From the NCBI GenBank assembly GCA_907165135.1, contig OU015568.1:6138001-6202000 (forward strand): a DNA stretch of 64,000 bases, in the 5' to 3' direction. A program made the translations under genes and the position numbers. Shown in pieces: positions 37,298 through 49,782 of this stretch (position 1 is the first letter of the stretch; each line of letters starts with the position of its first letter). The DNA is from Oikopleura dioica (Eukaryota > Animalia > Chordata). The notes below the pieces were generated by a model, which had not been told where the DNA came from, did no database searches, and saw only the letters and a program-made list of their open reading frames with translations.

Positions 37298-38877
37298 TTT
37301 AGCTTCACAACCTAATAAAACACACCGTAAAAACTCACCGCGCCGCGCTCTTTGTAATCATCAAAAAACGGTTCAAATTAGTTTTCTGGCGAAAAGTAAA
37401 CACAGACTCTCTTCAATTCGAAATGGGAAGAGGGTGAAGGCGAGGTTAGTGTTTGCGTGCGGCCGAGCTTATTCATCCCACTACAGTGCGCGAATTTAGT
37501 CAGATGGAGACACAAGATTTTCCCAAAGCTCTCAATCTGCAATTATTTTGAAATTGTTTTTAATTGGACCAGGAGCTCATCTTTAGAATGCATCAAAATC
37601 AATAGAAAATTGAATTACTCTTCAAAAATCAATACACTTCCGTCTTGGATTCTTACCTAGCTTGTAGCTAACTCTGTCCCAGATTTCGCAGGTGTTTTCG
37701 CTCATCATCGTTTTCTTCGTTTATTATCACTTTGCCAGCCCTTGTACTGCTGAGGGGGCCGGCTGAGTTTGAGAAAATTAGAGAAAATTTTAATTTATCT
37801 TTCAATTTTCTGAGCGGCACGAGCGGAGGTGAGACGGACTCGACGGCGGCGTGGAGCGTGCTCGGAATACGGTCCAGGGCGCCCTCCCCTCTGGATCGCA
37901 GAGAGAGAGAGGCTGACCAGATATCCCGCCGAACTTGGGCAGAGATCTCGGCGGGGATCAAGGTCAACGAGCAAATTTACTCAAGCACTAATCTTCTTCT
38001 GCCAAATTTCTGGGTCAATAGGGGGCAAGGAAAAAGAAAGGAGGGATGATAGAAGAAGGAACAATCTGGCCTAAGGGGCAATATGGCCCATATTATATGG
38101 GGGACCATTCACTTTCTCGTATATTTTGATTGAACCGGATCCTTATCATCCGTTGAATACACAAACTTATCGATCAAGTGAGCGTGAACTGGTATATTTG
38201 TTCAATTTTAGGGGCCCCATAATATTGCTTATTCAAACTCTGTGGGAGAGCGTAAAAGTTTAATTTGAATTCCACTTTGGCAAAAGTAAGGATCGAGTAG
38301 AGCCGAAAACAAGCCATTATTTTTTGAATGAACAGGTGCTTCACGTGGAAGTAGTAACAAGCTAACAGGCTATTGTTTCTCGGCCGATGACAGCAACTGT
38401 CCAATTCACAGAGCTCCTTTACAACTAATTTCAACAGCTCTCTTTGAGAGCTCTTCTACGCGTGGTGCCAAACCGAACCGGGCGCTACAGCTGCTCCACT
38501 TGAAAGGCAACACATTTTCGAAATGATAGATGTTAAACATTTTACGCGGTCGCTGAATTATTGATGCTAATTTACGACGCGGGCTAGAATTGACCATTGT
38601 TTAGCTAAGTATCCTTTTCACTGGAGAAACACTGTAATTTCGAGAAGATAAAAGCCCAATTTGTCATTCGATTTTTTACTTGAGTGGACATTTCTGTAGA
38701 TTTTGCCCTAATTAGACCTCTGATTAGTTTCGACGGGTCACTGAGTTTAATTTTAAAAAGAGAAAAATAGAATCAATGAGATTTTCTTTGATTGAAATTT
38801 ATTTTAGCAAATTTTCTTTTAGATTCAGAACAGTAAAATATCAGTAAAGTAAGAGTGTTAGGAGGTAGACAGGTTCT

Positions 38878-41226
38878 TTAGTTGACAATAATTGTTCCCT
38901 TCTGAGCGCGGTTGGAAAAGTTGTTGTTTCGAGTTGAAAGGTACTGATGGACACCGGGATTCATTCGCACAATGTTTCCAGCGAAGTATGCTGGGGCGTT
39001 GTTGAGTTTATCGTTGAGAGCTTCTTTCTCTTCCAGGGACTCGCCAGCGCAGTCTTTTTGGTCGGAGCATTCGTAATAACCAGAAGTGGCGAGTTGAAGC
39101 TCGAGATCTTCGGTGTTGTTCAGTTTCTTGATAGAATCGGCGGCGCTCCAGATCCATTCGGCGAACATTTTTGGCTCTTCGGAAAAGTCAGTTTCGGAAA
39201 TTTCAGCGAAACAGAGGGCTCTCGAGAAGACTCGGTGTTCGTTCATGTCGTCGTACCATTTTCCTCTAGAGTCGATCATAGCGTAGTGGTCGATCTCGCC
39301 AATTGGAGGTCGTTGATGTCGGAACTGATGGAAAGAAGCAGTCTCGCCGGAAGAAAGAGAAGCCCAGTCAGCAGCCATTCCAATTGGAAGATCGCCTCTC
39401 CATTGACCGTTTCGAGTCCAGAACTGAACCAGAGCATCGTTGTATTCTTGAGTGGTTGGCTCCGGGAGATTCATCTTTGCAGCTTCGCATTGCTGGACGA
39501 TTTCAGGGAAGGAGCTGTCTCGGACAATCAAGGCTCGGAACGTGTGAACGGTTCCATCTGCATCAGTGTACTGGAAGTAATCTTCGTCGAGCTCATTGTT
39601 CGGGAAAGAAGGAGTGCCAGCTGGGATGCTCGCGCCGGGGACAGTGATGGGAACGATGTTGGATCTGTCAGTTCCTTGTCGCCCTTCGCCGTCGGAGTTG
39701 GGATTGGTGTTGCTTCCTTCCCACTGAATGTGTACCAGATCGTCTTGGTTCATTTCGAGGATGGTCGGAGAGAAGTCGTATTCAACAGAAGGAAAAGCTT
39801 GAACGATGTTGCCTCGGCGACCGCGAACGCCGAGATTTTTGATGATTTTGTCGGAAGGAACGGATTGTGGTCGAGGCTTGAGCTGGAAGATGTGGGATCG
39901 ATCTTGGAAGACGCGGCCGGTTTGGGCGGAATCGAGGGCGAGTTGAAGTCGAGCGCCTCGATAAGTGACTTCCGGATCGTCGTGAGACTCGAGTCCGGGA
40001 AAGTAGGCTTTGCGGTTTTCGGAGGCGAAGTCGTCGACGTAGTCGTTGGTGGTGATGTTGTATCGGATTCGGAGAACGCATTCTTGGGATTCGAGGAGGC
40101 TGTGGAAGTTTGGAAGCTCCCATTTGTAAGTCGGAAAGTAGTCGGTGTCGTCAATTTGGCCAAGGTGGTTGGCGCGGGACCAGGGCGCTTTCTTGCATTC
40201 GGGTGCTTCTTCCAAAAGAAGACATTTTTCTTGCGGAGCTGCTCTTCGGCCTTCACCAGTTCGGTAAGGAATTCCCCAGATGATATCGTTTTTGAAATCG
40301 GAGTCTTTGGCAAGAGCGTCGCAGTCATCTTTGTCTTCGATTTCTTCAAAGATGAATTTTGCGTTGTAGAATCCGACCCACTCGCCCCCGAAGTGCTCGC
40401 ACTCTTCTTGGTTGTTGTATTTGCTGTAGCCGAGAGTTGTGTTTTCGTCAATTTTGTGGACGCACTCGTATTTCATGTTTCTGTTTCCATTCTCTGCAGT
40501 GAGGTCCTGGCATTTTTCTGGCTCCGAAGTGAGGACCGCAATGTCTTTCCAGGGATTAGGATGCCAGTAAGGATAATAGTCTCTCTCTTCTGGGCACTCG
40601 TAACCGCGTCGAGTTCCTCCAGGATTCTGTCGAGTGTAGATCGCGCCGCCTCGGACTCGGCCTTCGTTGCCAGTGAAAAGGCCGTAGTTTCTGTCTCTCT
40701 TGTAGCAGGAGTCGTAGTACTCCCAAGACTCGTGCACTCCTCGTTCAGCGTGATCGTTGTCTGTCGTATCTTTGCGACGGCGTTCAGCATATTGCTGCTG
40801 CGATTCATCGTTATTTGGTCGGCGGTAAGCAGGAGTATTCGTGTTGAGTCCGTTTTGGATCTTGGTGGAGGAGGAGTCCTCGCACATGTACTGAAGAACG
40901 ATCTGGCAGTTGACCCAGTTGGCGTCGTTTTCGTCGCGTTTGCCGCAGCCGTGCTGGTTCCACCATTCAATGGCGATTTCAGAAGCAGCCTCGCTAGTGG
41001 ACTCGAAGAAGACAGCTTTGCTTTGTTCATCAGCAGTTTTGGCGGCTGTGTCGAATCTATCGCCGACGTTGTAGCCGCCCTCGTTGTTGTTCTGAGAATC
41101 GAAAAGGCGATTTGCGTTTCGTCGGCCCTCGGAGTTTTCGTTGAGCCGGTTGTTGGAGCCCCTCGGGAAGTGCATGTAGACATCGGCCAGAGCGGTCGAA
41201 GCAAGGAGCGAAGAAAAAAGTTTCAT
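38878..41226 (-). CDS. DD3-3-like secreted protein with an inserted C-type-lectin-like domain; intronless 782-aa ORF
   Basis: Signal peptide, then DVYMHFPRGSNNRLNE...NRLFDSQNNNEGGYNVG, EWWNQHGCG, RRGYECPEERDYYPYWHPNPWKDIA, WSRANHLG, RGRRGNIVQAFPSVEYDF and YLSTRNNNFSNRAQKG: the pattern I recognise as the DD3-3 family. Confidence 0.88.
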   Translation of the reverse strand: MKLFSSLLASTALADVYMHFPRGSNNRLNENSEGRRNANRLFDSQNNNEGGYNVGDRFDTAAKTADEQSKAVFFESTSEAASEIAIEWWNQHGCGKRDENDANWVNCQIVLQYMCEDSSSTKIQNGLNTNTPAYRRPNNDESQQQYAERRRKDTTDNDHAERGVHESWEYYDSCYKRDRNYGLFTGNEGRVRGGAIYTRQNPGGTRRGYECPEERDYYPYWHPNPWKDIAVLTSEPEKCQDLTAENGNRNMKYECVHKIDENTTLGYSKYNNQEECEHFGGEWVGFYNAKFIFEEIEDKDDCDALAKDSDFKNDIIWGIPYRTGEGRRAAPQEKCLLLEEAPECKKAPWSRANHLGQIDDTDYFPTYKWELPNFHSLLESQECVLRIRYNITTNDYVDDFASENRKAYFPGLESHDDPEVTYRGARLQLALDSAQTGRVFQDRSHIFQLKPRPQSVPSDKIIKNLGVRGRRGNIVQAFPSVEYDFSPTILEMNQDDLVHIQWEGSNTNPNSDGEGRQGTDRSNIVPITVPGASIPAGTPSFPNNELDEDYFQYTDADGTVHTFRALIVRDSSFPEIVQQCEAAKMNLPEPTTQEYNDALVQFWTRNGQWRGDLPIGMAADWASLSSGETASFHQFRHQRPPIGEIDHYAMIDSRGKWYDDMNEHRVFSRALCFAEISETDFSEEPKMFAEWIWSAADSIKKLNNTEDLELQLATSGYYECSDQKDCAGESLEEKEALNDKLNNAPAYFAGNIVRMNPGVHQYLSTRNNNFSNRAQKGTIIVN

Positions 41227-41764
41227 TTTTGGTTGTTGATTTTGGTTTTCAGTTTTTGTTATGAGATGGAGAGCCAGGCGCGCCGCTTTTATAAGAATTT
41301 AGGCTCGTAAAAAAGTTGATTTCGCGTAAATTGGATCTGCGTCAGACTAGACTAGCGCAAAACGAAAAATCGTCATTAGAAATGACCAATTTACGCTTTT
41401 CCTTGTTTTATAATATTTATTATTTCCGATTTTTACGCTTATTGCTGACGTATAAAGTGAGTCCTCTTCTGACTTTTGTCGATGAGCTTTCAGCGCGATG
41501 AGGACAAACCGTCGAAAATTCCGTCGATGAACTTTTTCTTCCAATAGAATTTACGATATCAAAAACTATGAATTCTAAAATCGTAAAACTCCCGGTCAAT
41601 AGATGCTTTGGCGACAAACTCTTTCGCAAGAGGTTACCGAATTCCAGATCAATTCAGCGTGGTGGCTCTATTTGCGGTGAGTCCTCTTCTGACTATTCTA
41701 TGGCAACTTTATAATCTGGGAATTCTTCATGCATTTGATCATTCATAGCTTTTGACAAGTAAAA

Positions 41765-42043
41765 ATGAGAAGAGCTCTGAAGCTCGCAATCGGCATCGCG
41801 AGTTTTGTCGGTATTTTTTCAGTCATTTTCTTCCCAGGTAAAATACCCCTTGAATTGTTCAGCAGAGAGGATTGAATTTTTGTAGCGTATTTTGTTGGGC
41901 GAGAGAAAACAACAACAACCGTTTCGCCTCCTCTTACGACAACAACGATTGAAACAACAACCGAGGAAAGCTCAGGCATGATGCCAGAAGAATTGAACAC
42001 TTTTGAGCGAAATCATGGAAGAGTACTGGGCGCAGATTTCTGA
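41765..42043 (+). CDS. Possible small Thr-rich membrane-anchored or secreted peptide
   Basis: MRRALKLAIGIASFVGIFSVIFFP, a GT-AG intron, then TTTTVSPPLTTTTIETTTEES. Confidence 0.3.
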
Positions 42044-43312
42044 AAATATCGATTCTCAATGTATCATGTTAAATTGACTTTCTGTTTATTAAATTTTAAA
42101 GAAAATTTATTTTGAATAGAATCAACGGAAGGCTGTTTATCATGAGAGAAGGAGAGGGTCACATGATGACAACTTTGTGAGAAAAAGTCAAAACTGAAAA
42201 GTGTTAATCTCTTTGTCCCATTTGAATTTTCAACTCTTTATTTATCTTTTCGCTCTCCTGACGAAAAATATAATTTTTAACAAATCACATTCAAATTTTC
42301 TAAATCTAAATCTATTCCTCGTTGATATCAAAATTTTTATATATCGATTACTAGTATAAACAGATATGCCTGTATCATTCGTCAGATTAGAGCACAGGTC
42401 CCGTCTGGCCACGTCAGACTGGAGACAGTCGAACACGAGTTCGAGCACTGATTCAATTTTAACCGTTCCATCGACAAAATAAGGCGAGACTTATCTCCCG
42501 AGCACGCCTTATTCGCGGTCTAACTGTATTCCAACAGTGCAACAGTGTCCGGGCAATTATCCGGCTCATCTTGCTAGTACACAGCTAGGTAGCGATATGC
42601 TGTCGTAAAGCTTCTTTCTTCTTTTATTTATCTTAAAAGCACACTAAGGGGATACTTTAACACGACTGAATTCATTCAAGCTCTTTTGATCCTTCAACAG
42701 TGTGGATTCTCTGCGGTCATAAATTACTGTCAGATGAGTAGTACTTGTGAATAGGTTTGAAGAATACTAAGATTACTGAACTACTGAAGCTAGTATCAAG
42801 CTTATAATTGATTATCGAGTACGCTATCGACAAATTAACTGTCAATTATCGAACTGAATGAGCTCCCTATTTTGATAAATATTGTAATTACTATCGATTT
42901 CTTCAATTGTGACTATTTTAACAATTAAGCGGAATATATACGGGGTCATTCTGGCGCTGAATTGTCCCTATTTCATCATCTTCAAACTTCGAATGGAATA
43001 ATGGAAGCGTCGTAGGTTGAAAGCCAAGGAATCGTGTGATAAAACATTGAACAAGAGAAAGGAGAGCGAGCGCACTTGAGCGCGTTGTGGCCCGCTGCTG
43101 GTAGCGTTAACGCTATTTTGCTCGGAGCCTTATTTAGGTGAGACGCACGCGCGCTGCCCCTTCTTTTCATCATTCACCTTTTTTCTTTTGCTTTGCGAAT
43201 TCTAGAACCCCGCCCGCGGCAATTCTAATATTCTTGCTCTGTTTTGAAGACGACCTTGACGAAGAAAAGAGACGAGAACTTTAGAGAAGAACAAAGAAGC
43301 AGAACAAAGAAA

Positions 43313-45514
43313 ATGGAAAGCGCCGAAATTGTAAAGTCCGTCAGCGGTTTTACATGCCTCTGGGCGGTGAGTTCACTTTATAAATTGTCACCGACCGGTG
43401 TTGACCATAAACAACAATTATCAAACTCTTAGTTCTTCAATCATCAATCAATATTCGGTCGACCTTCTACTGAAAACCCTTACCCTCACCTAACAGGCAA
43501 TTATCTTGTCAACAGCCGTCCCTAAAGTTCATAAAGTTCTGTTTTTCTCCTCGTAAACAGTCAGTTACTAAATTCCTAGGCCAGTTATCTACTGAAACAG
43601 AGTGATAAAAAGGCCAAAATCAATGACAATGAATCGAAACCGTGAACTCAAGTGACGCAGCTCGCTTTCTTTTCATTTTTCCTGTTTTGAAATTGGAAGT
43701 GGAAAGCAGCGCAGTTCATAAAAAAACCCTGATGATGTTGGAGCTTTATCACCTTGTAAATTTTGCATTGGCGCAATTTGACACTGGGACAGCGTCAAAT
43801 TAAGTCAGCTCGAAAACATCATCAGTCATGTGATGAGCAGTTGATGAGCTTGATCGTTAAAATCGAGCTAGAAGATCTATGAGGGTCAAGCGAGTCCTCA
43901 AAACAACACTCCTATAGAATTGAAGTTGTTTATATAACAAGTTGTTACATAACTTAGCCCTTGAATAGTATATTCACCCTACTATCCTTCTTTCACAGGG
44001 AAAAGTCAGGCACACTCAGTTTAACACTCAGCGTTTAGTTATTATTCTTCGCGGCTCCTTTTGTCTTCCGAAAATGCGCCTTCTCCTCGGAGATTTATCA
44101 AAAGCTCTCAAAGCACAAAAAAGTGGATCTTTGCCTCCGTGCGTCTTCAATTTGCGCCGCCTCCTGCGCCTGGAGCTTTGCTGGATATAACTTGCTGTAC
44201 AAATTAAGGGCGGATGACCCTCTAAATGAGTAAGTACTTTTTTGTGGAAAGCCGTTTTTTTATTGATCCGTTCTGTCATAGTGGTTTTTAAACTGCAGCC
44301 ACAGCTTGAGCGCCCCGTGGGGAGATTTGACCTAGTGATCACTTTTTGTGACCGCCGCGGGAGGCACGGTTGAATTTTAAAATCAGTTGTCTACTTTCCT
44401 ATCAACTTTCGCCAGGCCTCTCGCTGGGTTCACGGTCGACAGTTTTCAACTCGAAGATTTATAGCAACTGAATAATTCAAAGTCGTCAAAATAAGCTACT
44501 TGGCTTTAGTAGATTCTTTTTCAAACAACTACGGTCATTGAGTCACTCTTTGTCCATGTATACGGTCTTATATTTTGTTTTAGGCCGAACGATTTCGCTT
44601 CGATTCCTCTATTATTTATGACTGGTTTCTTTACGCTTGACACAATTGTGTGTATCTACCTCCGCGAAGAATACGGTGCTGCTACATACCAATATTTCGG
44701 CCATCATTTCGTCGCTATTGTTGGATTTTACAACGCTCTTCGATACCAAGGTACTTTCTACCAGAACAGAAGAAAAGATCGCTTTCTGACAAGTTAATGC
44801 CGAGCGAGAAAAGTCAGACGGGTCAGAACTAAGCCTCGGCTTAGGATAGTCCCGTTAACTCGGCGCTTGATTAGTTGTTTTGCCTTGAAATTACCGCCGC
44901 GGCAACTGGATGGCCCTAAACGCTCCTTTTTCATCGAACTAATGATGGGTCAGTTGGCAAGGCTAAATTTATTAATTCAGAATGTCTTTGGTTTGCCAAC
45001 TACCGCCTTCTGTCCGAACTCTCGACCCCGCTCATAAATATCAGGGCGATCATGAACGCCTTCGACCTCAAGGAGAAGTATTCAAGCCTCTATTCTGCCA
45101 ATCGAGTCTTCACCATGCTTGCCTTTTTCACCTCCCGAATTGCCACCATTCCCTATTTCTGGATCCACTCCTACAGAAGATACGACGATCTCTTGAACTG
45201 CGACTGGAAGATCATCGCCATGCTCTTCCTCTCAGGAGTTGTACTTGATTTCTTAAACATACAGGTGAGATTATCAATTTTCAAGATTCGTTTTTCAACT
45301 AAAAATTTTTCAGTGGTTCGTCCTTATCCTCAAAATCGCTTCCGTCGAGTTCAAAAAGATCCCCAAAATCGCCAAGGAGAAAACAGAGACGCTCAAAATC
45401 TCGCTCCGAGAAAAGAAAGACAATGTTTATCAGGTACCGTACACATCAATCACCCAACGGGCATCCTGTCATCTCACTCTAAGCCCAAATCACCGAGGAT
45501 ATGCCCTCCCTTAG
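43313..45514 (+). CDS. TLC-domain membrane protein (TLCD4/TMEM56-like)
   Basis: TGFFTLDTIVCI, YFGHHFVAI, SELSTPLINIR and LAFFTSRIATIPYFW motifs; long first intron; 3' end approximate. Confidence 0.8.
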
Positions 45515-45911
45515 GAAATAATCTTAATCAAGCCCTGACGGAATCAACCCATGCGCCCTCGAAGTTTAAGTTCGAGACCTTCAATGCTAATTACCTTCAT
45601 TTTTAGACGATTCAAACAGCGAAAACCGACTTCCGGGAAAATGTCTCTTACCGAATCAACCGAGTACGAAGACGACTATCAGCTCTACGCCCCGAATAAA
45701 CCTGAAGTCAAACTATTTTTCTATATTTTCTTCAACAGTTCCTCCTCACCTGTTACCACACGAGAAGTCAAGCTTTTTAACTTTCATAAAAATATAAAGA
45801 AGGTGCCAACAAATATTCACGACAAAGAGCGAAGTTATCAGTTTGCCTTGACGGACTTTTCAATAAATATAATAACAATACGGAGATTTAAGTGTGAAAA
45901 TATGTAGTGTA

Positions 45912-47043
45912 TTAAGTTGGAAAATCAGGCTCGCACCATTTTAAATGTTCTTGGAAATGTTCTTCTTTGAAAAATCGTAGGAAGCACTGATCGCAGCCGA
46001 ATTCGCGGGGAGCATCGTGGTCAAGCATGTGATACTTCAGTAGGCAGAGGTCAGAGTAGCACTGGCCGCAAGTTGAACAGACGTAGGGTTCTTTTTCGGT
46101 TCCATACAGGGGCTTTCCAGGCTTCTTGTAGGCTTTGTCGCTCGAACAGGGAAGAATTGTTTTGTGATTATTGAAGGCTTCTTTTGAATGAAAGCAGATG
46201 TTGCAGAGAGGGCAGAAATACAGTCCATCTAAAGACCTGCGGAAAAAGCGGAAGACAATGAAGAAAGAGTACCTTGTGTCTGTTGAAAATGACTCTTCGC
46301 ATTCGGATTGTTGAAGTCTATGCCCAGCTGCTGTTCGTAAACATCTCCGTATCTGACGAGCAGTTCTTCGCCGCGTTTAATTGGCCTGATCGTCCGGAAA
46401 TAGACTGATTGTTCGTATTGGAATGCGTCCATATTGTGTTCTTTCTACCAAAAGAAAAGGTCATTGAACTGAAATAAGACTGACGACTTGCCTGATTTCT
46501 AGCGCAGTTTACTTTCGAAAGAAAGCAGCAAAGCTCTTTTACGCTGCCATCGACGAGGCCGACCACGTCTCCCTCGTGTCCTTGCATGACTTTGTCAAAG
46601 ATCGAAATTTCGGAAAGCACTTACAATTTTAATTGCGTACCGTATTCATATCTTTGACCCAATTTCGATACCTTTTTTCAAACGACCTCTCTCCGTGTTC
46701 CGCTTTTTGGATTCTCTTCTCCGAAGTCGTCGCCATTTCCAGATACTCGCCTTGGTAAGGGCCAAACACACATCGCTCTGGAATATCTTCCTTCGCGAAA
46801 ACTCCATGGCCCGCGACAGCTGATTTAGACAGCTGCAGGCGTGAAGGAAGGGTCTCTCTGATTCTGTTTTTGCTCGCTTTACTCGGCGTCCCCGATTGTA
46901 TAAATGTAATCGGGTGCTGAAAAAATCTCTAGTTAAAAATTCACAACTTCGCCTCTCACCCATTTGCAGAACTCTCTAGGATGGTACCAGTCTTGACAGT
47001 CATAGCAAAAGTACCAGTATTCTTTAGTACTCGCCTTTTCCAT
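45912..47043 (-). CDS. PRDM7/9-like protein: Zn-knuckle-like motif, PR/SET domain, three zinc fingers; no KRAB/SSXRD
   Basis: FCYDCQDWYHPREFC; TLPSRLQLSKSAVAGHGVFAKEDIPERCVFGPYQGE; KVNCARN; FQYEQSVYFRTIRPIKRGEELLVRYGDVYEQQLGI; fingers FCPLCNICFHSKEAFNNH, VCSTCGQCYSDLCLLKYHMLDH and GCDQCFLRFFKEEHFQEHLKWC. Confidence 0.85.
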
Positions 47044-47754
47044 CCGTCATATCAACCGACAAGACTGTGAGTAAAATAGAAGGCTCTGATAAATGCCGCT
47101 AATCTCGAAATACAAATTCATGATTGAAAGTTATCTAGAGATCGGAGGCCAAATTATGCAAGAAAATTCTAGGATGATCACAAAATCATGATTTCAACAG
47201 GTCATCTTCCGACCCGCCAACTAGGTAGTTTCAGGGGTGACCATTTGGGCATTGGGCATTTGGGCGAATCGGGCAATTTTCGGGCAAAAACGCTTTTGGG
47301 CGGGCATTTGGTCGGCTCAACGCCTGAAAATAGGCTGGGCAACATTGGATAAGTCGGGCATTTGGGCATTTTCTGGGCAGTTGGGCACCATCGGGCAGTT
47401 GGGCAAATGCCCACCGGGGAAATCCATGAACGTGGGCGTTTTCCTGCCCGCTTATTGGTCGTTAAGCTCGCAAACAAAAAAAATATAAGGAGAAGGTTCT
47501 GCAAGGGTGTGTGAAGTGGACCTCTATGGTTAGCTGTCTACCTTTGACCTCCTGATCCTTTTTATGAAATTATCCCCGCCCTTAACTCAACCTTTTTTTT
47601 GCGGAGATGGTTCTGCAAGGGTGTGTGAAGTGGACCTTGAAGGTTAGCTGTCTACCCTTGACCTCCGGATCCTTTTTATCCCTCATTCTACCTACCCCAT
47701 TTTTGAGCCCCTTTTTCGAGACGGTTATGCAAGAGTGTGTGAAGTGGACCTTTA

Positions 47755-49089
47755 GGCTGCTCCCGCATTTCCCAAAATCCTGGATTTCCCAAATCCTGGA
47801 TTTCTCAAAATCCTGAATTTCTCAAATCGCCAAATCAGGATTCTGCCGATTCTGGATTTTGGGAAATGCAGGATTGGGAAAAGCAGGATTTTTAGAAATG
47901 CAGGATTCAGCTGAAATTTCGTCGAAAACAGTTGTTTTTCTCTATCTGTCAAAACTAAAATAGAATGTTTGGGCTTCTTTCGGCTCTGGTTCTTACTAGA
48001 GTCTTTGTTCACAACTTCTGTGAATTGATTCTGGTAGAATAGAAGCTGTTCTACAAACTGAGACTATGGGTTAAATGACTGGATGGAGTGTTCATCCCTT
48101 TCCGGGCGCTCGAAAATTTCTAGCGCATATTTTGGGACTTCAGATTCTCATTATTGATCGAAAATCTTGTCCGATTCAGACGACTTCGGTACCAAAATGA
48201 TCGCCGATCTGGCGATTCTAAATCTGTTTCATATTTGCAGTTTTAAAAGGGCAATCAAAGGGTTTATTTTTCTACCATTACATCTAGCAATATATGAAAT
48301 TGGCAAATAACTGATGTCTCCAGGGAATTAAAAGGCACGAACTAAAATAGGGAAGTAATAAGCTAGGAAGTGACAGCGTAGGAGCGAACAAGAAAGTATC
48401 ATACACGAAAGGATCAAATAAGAAAGTATCATACATGAAAGTATCAAATTAAATAGGATCATGCATTAAAGGATCGAATTTTTTTGGAACCAATAAGATT
48501 GCCGTATAAGGCCTACCGGCCTATAAGAAACCCATCCTCAATCATTTTCAAATGTATGCCCGATCCAATCTTGCACGATACTGGCTTGGATCTTCCATTA
48601 TAATTTGATCCTTTCGTGTATGATACTTTCTTGTTCGCTCCTACGCTGTCACTTCCTAGCTTATTACTTCCTTATTTTGGTTCGGCCCAATTAAAAAATC
48701 CTTTGATAAATTTTGTTTTCAAGTTCCACCAAAATGTACATTCTTTTGGGTCGTGCCTGTAACAACAACTAAATCTATTTTGGAACTTCCAAGTTCAAAA
48801 ACCGACTTTCAACCGATTGTTTTCGCAGGGATTAGGAGGCGCGACTTTTTGGAGGTGACAAATTATTCGGAAGGGATTTTTCAGCGCGGAAGATTCTGAC
48901 TAAGAAGAATCTGGGTTGGATTTTTAAACCAAGCAAGTTTCTTGCTTTGCTAATTCAAAAGAAATAAAAATCCTGCATTTCCCAAAATCCAGAATCGGCA
49001 GAATCCTGATTTGGCGATTTGAGAAATTCAGGATTTTGAGAAATCCAGGATTTGGGAAATCCAGGATTTTGGGAAATGCGGGAGCAGCC
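47755..49089. mobile_element. Non-autonomous Mutator/MULE-like element
   Basis: ~125-bp near-perfect TIRs starting GGCTGCTCCCGCATTTCCC; 9-bp TSD GGACCTTTA at 47746-47754 and 49090-49098. Confidence 0.9.
48334..48687. mobile_element. Small MITE nested in the MULE-like element
   Basis: ~85-bp inverted termini (…GGAAGTAATAAGCTAGGAAGTGACAGCGTAGGAGCGAACAAGAAAGTATCATACACGAAAGGATCAAAT and its reverse complement); flanks GAATTAAAA / CAATTAAAA (8 of 9 match). Confidence 0.8.
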
Positions 49090-49782
49090 GGACCTTTATG
49101 GTTAGCTGTCTATTCTTGACAACCTGACCGATCTTTTACCAAATTATTTTTTCGACCCCTTTTTAAATATATTTCAAACCATTCAAAAGGCTTTTTTGGC
49201 GAAAAAATCTGTTGTCACTTCAACTGAAAAGTAAAAAGTGAAGTTTTAACAAGCGCAAAATGTCGGAAAAATTTTTGCCCGAAAAATTGCCCAAATGCCC
49301 GATTGGGCATTCTGGGCACATTGGACCGGTCGGGCATTTGGTCGGCCCGGGTCTTGATTTTTGGTATTGGGCGGGCAATTGGTCGGCCCGACGATAATTT
49401 TTTGCCCAAATGGTCACCCCTGGGTAGTTTGTCCTTTAAATTGCCAGGGTGTAATTTGATGTCCTGCTACGAGTTAAGGATAGGAATAAGAAGCGTCAGA
49501 TGAGACCCATCTTTCTCTGAGAGTATATTTTGTAAGAGGTTTATTTTGAAAGGGAAACTTGAAAAACATTGATTGAACTTGTAAATACATCTTGATGGAC
49601 AGTACTTTTTGTTTTTCATGTAGAACAGACTCGAGAGGGGCAATTTGTGGTAGTGAAGTGTTGGGGAGAATGCGGAGTCCTTTACATGCGTCTGCTGCAA
49701 GAAAAGTAAAAATAGACATTTACATGTGTGAAAAAAGAACGAAAATTTCAGGAATAAACTCGGAGAGAAAAACAAGTAGGAT

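Larger units (their letters stand above)
47495..49140 (+). repeat. 114-bp tandem repeat, three copies; the third is split by a MULE-like insertion
   Basis: GGTTCTGCAAGGGTGTGTGAAGTGGACC...GGTTAGCTGTCTA at 47495, 47609 and 47723; the third copy resumes at 49090. Confidence 0.85.
47232..49422. mobile_element. Non-autonomous hAT-type element (outer of a three-level nest)
   Basis: TIR CAGGGGTGACCATTTGGGCA / TGCCCAAATGGTCACCCCTG; 8-bp TSD GGTAGTTT at 47224-47231 and 49423-49430; many subterminal (T/C)GGGCA repeats. Confidence 0.92.

Noticed and set aside
38947-41310. 787-aa plus-strand ORF
   Set aside because: It is exactly antisense to the DD3-3-like gene, with V/F/S-rich composition typical of a shadow frame caused by codon bias.
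47202-47504. ORFs with PKCP/CPT repeats (also 49215-49503)
   Set aside because: They arise from the TGGGCA subterminal repeats of the hAT element.
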